Positions 28,640 to 34,644 of a stretch of 34,644 nt of DNA are shown in pieces. The notes beneath the pieces were generated by a model. That model saw only the letters and a list, made by a program, of their open reading frames with translations, was not told the DNA's origin and did no database searches. The stretch is from a virus (Duplodnaviria > Caudoviricetes): the IMG/VR virus record IMGVR_UViG_3300046009_008109, positions 1 to 34,644 of that record; one strand, 5' to 3'. Every line of letters starts with the position of its first letter. Within the stretch, counting starts at the first letter, position 1. Both the position numbers and the translations under genes were made by a program.

Positions 28640-29247
28640 TGTCAAGATCAATAGCAAACGTTCAAACGTCAACTGACACATTCGGTTCGTGGATCGCAAA
28701 AACTAATGAAGTCGCAACAACTTTCGCTGAAACTGTAACAGTAAAAGCGAATACTGCAGGTGACCTCACGACCGGCAACGGATTCGTAGTCGGTATATTC
28801 GGTGCAAACACTTTAACTGCTACGACAATTCGTGGCGGATCAGTCGCGACTTCGACAAACGTCTCGATAATGTCTAACACGTTCATAGGTAATACTAGTT
28901 CACAAACCATAACAATGCACAATGGAATCGGTCAAGTAAAAACAACTAGTTACACTACAACAAATACTGATGCACAAATTGTCGATTCGTTCCCGACCAC
29001 AGAGTTTAGAACTAGTAAGTATTTGATTTCTATACACAATACTAACAATAACGATTATCAATCAACAGAAATCATGTTGTTACAGAATGGAACTACTGCA
29101 CTAGTGACTGAATATGCAACTTTAGTTTCAACTGCCACTCTCGGGCAATTTGATGCAAACGTCGCTTCAGGAACTGTTCGTTTATTTGTGACCCCGACAC
29201 TAGCAAACAATGTAATCAAATATCAAAGAACCTCAGTGGCGGTGTAA
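28639..29247 (+). CDS. Virion structural protein (baseplate/fibre adaptor)
   Basis: N-terminal DTF..W..KTN; C-terminal DSF....FRT.KY.I......YQ.TEI.L..NGT....TEYA domain common in T4-like structural proteins. Confidence 0.7.
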   Translation: MSRSIANVQTSTDTFGSWIAKTNEVATTFAETVTVKANTAGDLTTGNGFVVGIFGANTLTATTIRGGSVATSTNVSIMSNTFIGNTSSQTITMHNGIGQVKTTSYTTTNTDAQIVDSFPTTEFRTSKYLISIHNTNNNDYQSTEIMLLQNGTTALVTEYATLVSTATLGQFDANVASGTVRLFVTPTLANNVIKYQRTSVAV

Positions 29248-29248
29248 T

Positions 29249-29572
29249 ATGGCACAGAAAGCTAATATCACGATTGATCAAGGAACTACCTTCTCCTCAG
29301 GTATCGACTTACTTAATGATAATGACGAACCTGTTGACGTGTCTAATTATACGGCAAGAGGTCAAATTCGCAAACATTATTCTAGTTCAAATTCAGTCAG
29401 TTTCACAACTACATTGAGTAACGGTTCTTTAGTTATATCATTAACCGCGTCACAAACTGCAAATATTGTTGCAGGTAGATATGTTTACGATTTAGAATTA
29501 GTAGATCCGTCAAATACTGTATTGAGAATACTCGAAGGCATAGTAACAGTAACACCCGAGGTGACACGATAA
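29249..29572 (+). CDS. Small baseplate/fibre attachment protein (Ig-like, BppU-N-like)
   Basis: ANI.IDQG.TF, YTA..QIRK.Y.S, LTA.QT....GRYVYD.E and R..EG.VTVTPEVTR. Confidence 0.75.
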   Translation: MAQKANITIDQGTTFSSGIDLLNDNDEPVDVSNYTARGQIRKHYSSSNSVSFTTTLSNGSLVISLTASQTANIVAGRYVYDLELVDPSNTVLRILEGIVTVTPEVTR

Positions 29573-29844
29573 TGTCAACGATTAGAGTAAAGATTAATGC
29601 AAACACGGGCGGCATCATTGTCCGCCCGTCTTTCGCTACTCCAACAAATCCTACAACAACAATAAATATAAAAAACCAAACTGCAGTAGTTACTGGAAGG
29701 TTGGATACATTAGAAGACGTAGTTGAAACACCGATTCCAGCAGCAGGGTCTACTTTGATTTACAACCCAGCAACTGATAAATATGAAGTGCAAAGATTAG
29801 ATTTTACGGACGTTGATGGACCTCTGGATGGCGGAGATTTCTAA
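29572..29844 (+). CDS. Small fibre adaptor ending in LDGGDF
   Basis: L..L.DV motif, G.TL.YN..T.KY and a C-terminal DGGxF. Confidence 0.65.
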   Translation: MSTIRVKINANTGGIIVRPSFATPTNPTTTINIKNQTAVVTGRLDTLEDVVETPIPAAGSTLIYNPATDKYEVQRLDFTDVDGPLDGGDF

Positions 29845-29888
29845 GAATTATAATATGTTGGTCCTATAAAAAAAAGGAATAATAAGAA

Positions 29889-31580
29889 ATGGCCAATAAC
29901 CTAATTCAAATTAAACGTTCGCTAACTACAGCAGTACCTGGCTCGCTGGCTAACGGTGAAATGGCGTTTACAAGCAACGGTGATGTGCTGTTCATCGGAG
30001 CAAACGGTGCGATTGAACCTATTGCAGGTAAAAGATTCCCAGGAACGTTGACAGCAAATCAGGCTCTCGTTGCTAACGCGACTTCAGGCATTGATAAAAT
30101 CATTGTGGCAAACGCTGCAATTTCTCAGTTGAATGCTAACGGATCCACTGGAACTGCAGGACAAGTTCTTAAAAGTGCAGGTGCCGGAGCAAATTCATTC
30201 TGGGCGGATGAAACTGCGTCTGTCGCGGGATTAGACACACAAGTTCAATACAATGACAACGGCTCATTAGCGGGTGCCGTAGGTTTTACTTACAATAAAG
30301 CTACCAACGCTGTTAGCATGGCTAACACATTAACTGTGACCAGTAGTGTTACCACTAACTCTTCATTTGTCGTCGGGGCTGGCTTAGGTCAATCAACTGC
30401 AGGATCAACCAGCAATACGACAGTTATTGGCATATCATCCAACTCAACTGTAAACGCCACACATACTGCTGCTTTGCTTCAAGTTGCAAACTCAACCGCA
30501 TCTGCCAACCACACAGCAATCGGCTTCGCTGCTGGTATTACTGTTCAAAACACAACCGCCATCGCTGTCGGTACTAACAACTTCATAAATGCCACTGCGA
30601 TTGACATCGGCAATAGCATCATGACATCCGTCCTATTGACATTAGGTGGACAAGTTAACGCTAATGGCGGCGTAGGCACATTAGGTCAAATGTTGACATC
30701 AGGTGCTGCTGGCAACGTTTATTGGACAACACCCGCAGTAGGAACAATCACGGGTGTCACTGCGGGAAGCGGTTTGACAGGGGGCGGATCATCAGGGTCT
30801 GTCACGCTTGATGTAGGACAAGGTAATGGTATTACCGTTGGTGCGGATGCAATTTCTGTCGCCGCAAACACCACAGGTGGTTTGCTCGCAAATACTACGC
30901 TACAAGTTAAGGTCGGCACAGGCCTCGTGTTTGACGGTTCAGGTAACGTCGCTGTAAACTCTGCTGCGCTTTCATTCCAAGACCTAACTGTTTCAGGTAA
31001 CTTGACAGTTCTTGGCGACCTAGTTTCAATGAACGTTGCGACTCTTGCGATTGAAGATCCTCTGATCGTCCTTGCAAAAGATCAAAGCAACACTACTACA
31101 TTCACTGACGCTGTAGACATCGGTTTCTATGGTTCATACGGCAATACACTGACGAAAAATTGGGCAGGTTTGTTCCGTGATCAAAGTGATTCCGGTATCT
31201 TCAAGTTGTTTGCGGGTAACATCCCCGAACCCACAACTACAGTAAACACTTCAAACGTAAACTTCGCATATTCAACGTTGCAATCATATATCAGAACAGG
31301 TGGCGCCGGTGCTACTGGGTTGATTGCAAATGCTACTCACATCGCAATCACGGCAAACTCTACTTTGAACGTTGCGATTGTCGCCAATACTCTAACACTG
31401 TCAACACCGCTAGCAGGAACTTCTGGTGGTACTGGCAAAGCAACTATGACCTCACAGGCAATCTTGGTCGGCAACACGACTAACGGTTACGCAGAATTGA
31501 CTCTAGGTGCTGATGGTCGTGTTCTACAATCTAATGGAACTGCACTTGTCTATGACACACTTGACGGAGGAACCTTCTAA
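29889..31580 (+). CDS. Tail fibre-like protein (Mtd N-terminal-like domain, ends LDGGTF)
   Basis: IQIKRS....P.SL..GE.A.....L.IG head; Gly/Thr/Asn-rich shaft; V.GNLTV.G......TL.IEDPLI.LA and DIGFYG; SD AGGA upstream. Confidence 0.8.
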   Translation: MANNLIQIKRSLTTAVPGSLANGEMAFTSNGDVLFIGANGAIEPIAGKRFPGTLTANQALVANATSGIDKIIVANAAISQLNANGSTGTAGQVLKSAGAGANSFWADETASVAGLDTQVQYNDNGSLAGAVGFTYNKATNAVSMANTLTVTSSVTTNSSFVVGAGLGQSTAGSTSNTTVIGISSNSTVNATHTAALLQVANSTASANHTAIGFAAGITVQNTTAIAVGTNNFINATAIDIGNSIMTSVLLTLGGQVNANGGVGTLGQMLTSGAAGNVYWTTPAVGTITGVTAGSGLTGGGSSGSVTLDVGQGNGITVGADAISVAANTTGGLLANTTLQVKVGTGLVFDGSGNVAVNSAALSFQDLTVSGNLTVLGDLVSMNVATLAIEDPLIVLAKDQSNTTTFTDAVDIGFYGSYGNTLTKNWAGLFRDQSDSGIFKLFAGNIPEPTTTVNTSNVNFAYSTLQSYIRTGGAGATGLIANATHIAITANSTLNVAIVANTLTLSTPLAGTSGGTGKATMTSQAILVGNTTNGYAELTLGADGRVLQSNGTALVYDTLDGGTF

Positions 31581-31582
31581 TA

Positions 31583-31789
31583 ATGCAAGCAGAATTTGTC
31601 AATGCTTATATTGAAAGACTAGTTGAAGAAATTGTGGAGCTGACGAAAAATCGGCTCCTCAATGAAGCTCGTATTAAATACACAGAATCTGTTAACGTGA
31701 AGCTTGCACAGCAAATACAAGAGTTGGAACTTCAACTAGAAAAATTGAATAAAAAGAAAGCTCGTGAAGTAAATACTTCATCTGAATAA
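31583..31789 (+). CDS. Small coiled-coil protein (possible fibre assembly chaperone)
   Basis: EFVNAYI..L...I.EL....L..EA heptad pattern; lies between two fibre genes. Confidence 0.65.
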   Translation: MQAEFVNAYIERLVEEIVELTKNRLLNEARIKYTESVNVKLAQQIQELELQLEKLNKKKAREVNTSSE

Positions 31790-31798
31790 TTTTAACCC

Positions 31799-31814
31799 AT
31801 CGGTATATACCGAT
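31799..31814. promoter_or_regulatory. Perfect 16-bp palindrome ATCGGTATATACCGAT in the fibre gene leader
   Basis: Self-complementary, 6 nt before the SD GGGAG (31821-31825). Confidence 0.6.
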
Positions 31815-31833
31815 TTGACTGGGAGTGCCAAAA

Positions 31834-34644
31834 TTGGCCAATAATAAAATTCAAGTCAAACGCACAAACGTAGCAGGTAGAACTGCAAACGTTACAAGTG
31901 CTGGCAATGCCCAGTATATTGACGCGGGTGAGTTCGCGCTCAATATGGCCGACCAGATCCTATACACGTCTAACGGATCCACACTCATCACAGTCGGTGC
32001 AAACTTAGTAAATCAGCGTATCACAAACTCTCTCACGCTCGATAACGACAAAAATATTTTTTTCAGAACAGTTAACACATCTGCCTCTGTAGGATTTCGT
32101 CAACAGAGCGACGATAATTTTGTTTTCTATAGCACAAATACGGCGTATGGTCAGAGAGCTGTTTGGTCAATTTTTGCTAATAGTATTACTAGTGCTTTTA
32201 GTGTTTCTGTACCAACCACTTTTAATAGTAACGTTACTTTCGGCGGTGTCGCAGTAAGCGCAAATGGTAGCACAGGAACCGCAGGCCAATTTTTAACAAC
32301 TAACGGAACATCCACATACTGGTCGACAGCAACAGCATCAGTAAACGTGAACGCACAGTATGTTTGGACAAACACCCAAACTTTTCAAGCAAATATATCA
32401 TTTACTGGCAATAACATTAGCTTTGTAACGAACACTGGTTCTGTTCTATTCAATGGATCTGCTGATGCAAATTGGAGAATCGGTCGTAACACAGGCGGTA
32501 CCACTAAATTTTTCTATACCGGCAATACAATTGACATAATTGCCGCAAATAGCGCACTTGAAGGTGTTGCTATCGGTTTCACAGGTAACACATATCTTGA
32601 AACAGGTTACGCCGGAACATTTACAAGATTGCCCGTTTACGTTGGCAACACAGTTGAAAACGTTGCAACAACAAACACAACACTGTTAATACAAACAAAC
32701 ACAACTGTCAATTCTACTCATACTGCATCGTTATTACAAATTGCAAACAGCACATCAATAACGAATGTGACTGCATCAGGCATTCAAGTATATTCTGACG
32801 CTGCCACAAATACTAATATCACATCTGCTCTTATTCGAGTTTCTAATTCTACATCAAATGCGAGAATTACCGCTGCAACTGTTGCAGTGCAATCGAATAC
32901 AACTGTCAACGCACAGATGACAGCATCATTGGTTCAAGTATCGAACAGCACATCAACTGCAAACTTGTCTGCCTTAGCACTTACTATCGGAACAAGTGTC
33001 GTTAACTCCACAGTTATCGCAGCAGGTGCAAACGTATTTGCTAACACGACTGCAGTTGACGTTGGAAACACTGTAGTGAGTTCAATTAACCTGACACTAG
33101 GTGGACAAGTAACAGCAAACGGCGGTGTCGGGACTGCGGGTCAAGTATTAACTTCCGGTGCGACCGGTAACGCTTATTGGACAACACCTACTGTAGGAAC
33201 TGTCACCTCAGTTGCAACGGGCAACGGCATCACGGGCGGGACGATAACAAGCACCGGCACATTAGTAGCCACAGCGGGTCCTGGTGTTGTTGTCAATACA
33301 TCAGGCATAAGCGTTTTAGCGAATAACGGGTTGTCATCAAACTCCACTGGTGTGTTTGCTATACCCGGAAATGGATTAATCACAAGTAACTCTACTGGTT
33401 TGCATGTAGGACCAGGTAACGGTATCACAGTCAACAGCACTACAGTAGCAGTTTTAGCGAATACTGGTATCGTTTCAAACGCAACAGGAACATACGTCAA
33501 CGCCACATATATTGCAACGCTGAATGCAAACAGCGCGACACAATTAGCGACTGCAAGAACTCTGACAATCGGAAGCACAGGAAAATCATTTAGCGGGACT
33601 AACAATATAACATGGTCACTCACTGAAATCGGTGCTGAAGCTGAACAAACATCCGGCGTTCCGAGAGCTAACTTAGGCACACCCACTGTCCGCGAAGCTG
33701 CCCTATTTGACGCGCAATTCACTAACAAAACCGACAGATTCAATATTGCTAATATCTGGGTAGAAACTTCTACTGATGACATAACTTGGACAGATACTCT
33801 TGCTAGCGATCAAAACAAACGTAGGTTGGTAGGTGGTGATGTTAATTTATCAGCTATCACTATTCCTTATAATACTCCTTACTTCCGTATCAGATTTCGT
33901 GCTACAGATTATGTTTATCTCAATTCTTTATATTCATATTTCGCAACACAAGGTCATACTACCGCCGTTCAAATCTTCAAGAAACATGACAGCGGATCTT
34001 GGACTCAGCATACTAGCTCAACCACTCAAGTAAATTCATGGCCCGGACATCTTTATCTACCGTTCAGCACTATCCCTTTCCATCCAACAGGCACACTCGG
34101 CACTCACTTTCATGAAGTGTATGTTTTGTTTATCCCGACCTGGAATGTAAGTTTTCCTAGCAACCCTATTGCTATCTATAACACTCAATTGTGGGGCGGT
34201 TATCCATCTGGTAGAAGAAACATTTATTCTACAGATGAATTTGGAAATGTCACATTCCCAGCAAACGTCACAGTTACTTCTACGCTCATAGGGACCGCAA
34301 ACAACGCTTCTTTCTTGGGTGGAACTGCTGCTGCTTCTTATGTTCAGAATACAGATTCTAGAACACTATCAGGCAACCTTGTAATTTCTGGCACCTCATT
34401 TACACCATCATCAAATGCTATTTTATTAGGAAACTCGACACAGCGCTGGGTTCTTTCAGCTAATACTGGTAGTTTCAGTGGAGCAGTTTCTGGAATTACT
34501 ACTCTTGCTGCTGGTAATACAACTATCACTGGATTTGCAAACGTAACAACTTCGGTAAACTCTGCGTTATTAACTGTCGGGACAAGCTTCATTGCTAACA
34601 CAACCGGAGCCTATCACACAGGCACAGTCAATGCGGCATCATAT
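31834..34644 (+). CDS. Long tail fibre protein, 5' part (937 codons, runs off the window; not in the ORF track)
   Basis: TTG start after GGGAG. Reads MANNKIQVKRTNVAGRTANVTSAGNAQYIDAGEFALNMADQILYTSNGS with no stop in frame to the end. Contains the fibre motif ATQLATARTLTIG...FSG..NI.W. Confidence 0.9.
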   Translation, partial: MANNKIQVKRTNVAGRTANVTSAGNAQYIDAGEFALNMADQILYTSNGSTLITVGANLVNQRITNSLTLDNDKNIFFRTVNTSASVGFRQQSDDNFVFYSTNTAYGQRAVWSIFANSITSAFSVSVPTTFNSNVTFGGVAVSANGSTGTAGQFLTTNGTSTYWSTATASVNVNAQYVWTNTQTFQANISFTGNNISFVTNTGSVLFNGSADANWRIGRNTGGTTKFFYTGNTIDIIAANSALEGVAIGFTGNTYLETGYAGTFTRLPVYVGNTVENVATTNTTLLIQTNTTVNSTHTASLLQIANSTSITNVTASGIQVYSDAATNTNITSALIRVSNSTSNARITAATVAVQSNTTVNAQMTASLVQVSNSTSTANLSALALTIGTSVVNSTVIAAGANVFANTTAVDVGNTVVSSINLTLGGQVTANGGVGTAGQVLTSGATGNAYWTTPTVGTVTSVATGNGITGGTITSTGTLVATAGPGVVVNTSGISVLANNGLSSNSTGVFAIPGNGLITSNSTGLHVGPGNGITVNSTTVAVLANTGIVSNATGTYVNATYIATLNANSATQLATARTLTIGSTGKSFSGTNNITWSLTEIGAEAEQTSGVPRANLGTPTVREAALFDAQFTNKTDRFNIANIWVETSTDDITWTDTLASDQNKRRLVGGDVNLSAITIPYNTPYFRIRFRATDYVYLNSLYSYFATQGHTTAVQIFKKHDSGSWTQHTSSTTQVNSWPGHLYLPFSTIPFHPTGTLGTHFHEVYVLFIPTWNVSFPSNPIAIYNTQLWGGYPSGRRNIYSTDEFGNVTFPANVTVTSTLIGTANNASFLGGTAAASYVQNTDSRTLSGNLVISGTSFTPSSNAILLGNSTQRWVLSANTGSFSGAVSGITTLAAGNTTITGFANVTTSVNSALLTVGTSFIANTTGAYHTGTVNAASY

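Noticed and set aside
29889-34644. Diversity-generating retroelement suggested by the Mtd-like N-termini
   Set aside because: No reverse transcriptase and no TR/VR pair with adenine-specific mismatches in the window. The shared cassettes differ at all base types.

Overview
A 34.6-kb segment of a T4-superfamily myovirus genome, with a gene order resembling the distant T4-like phages such as cyanophage and alphaproteobacterial types. The host cannot be determined from this window. It opens with the 3' end of gp59, the ssDNA-binding protein gp32 and a terminator. A minus-strand block follows: gp4, gp2, gp54, gp26/gp51 and two large paralogous tape-measure-like proteins, one carrying a GH19 glycosidase domain and the other an M15 peptidase domain. 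A divergent plus-strand baseplate and fibre operon then runs to the end: gp48, gp53, hub, a three-part gp5, gp25, gp6, gp7, gp8, a three-part VrlC/DUF4815-like protein, small adaptors and two fibre genes. The last fibre gene starts with TTG, is missing from the ORF track and runs off the window. Best candidates for undescribed biology: (1) a programmed -1 frameshift (T TTT TTT) fusing gp26 to gp51, like lambda G/GT and P2 E/E'; (2) a paralog pair with interchangeable cell-wall hydrolase cassettes, alongside a lysozyme-less split gp5; (3) dense N-x-S/T sequons in fibre and baseplate proteins, suggesting virion glycosylation; (4) an exact 9-nt-periodic ATAC array in the gp32 leader; (5) a possible DGGxF-tail/Mtd-N-head daisy chain for fibre assembly. 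All family calls come from motif recognition and synteny; no database search was run.
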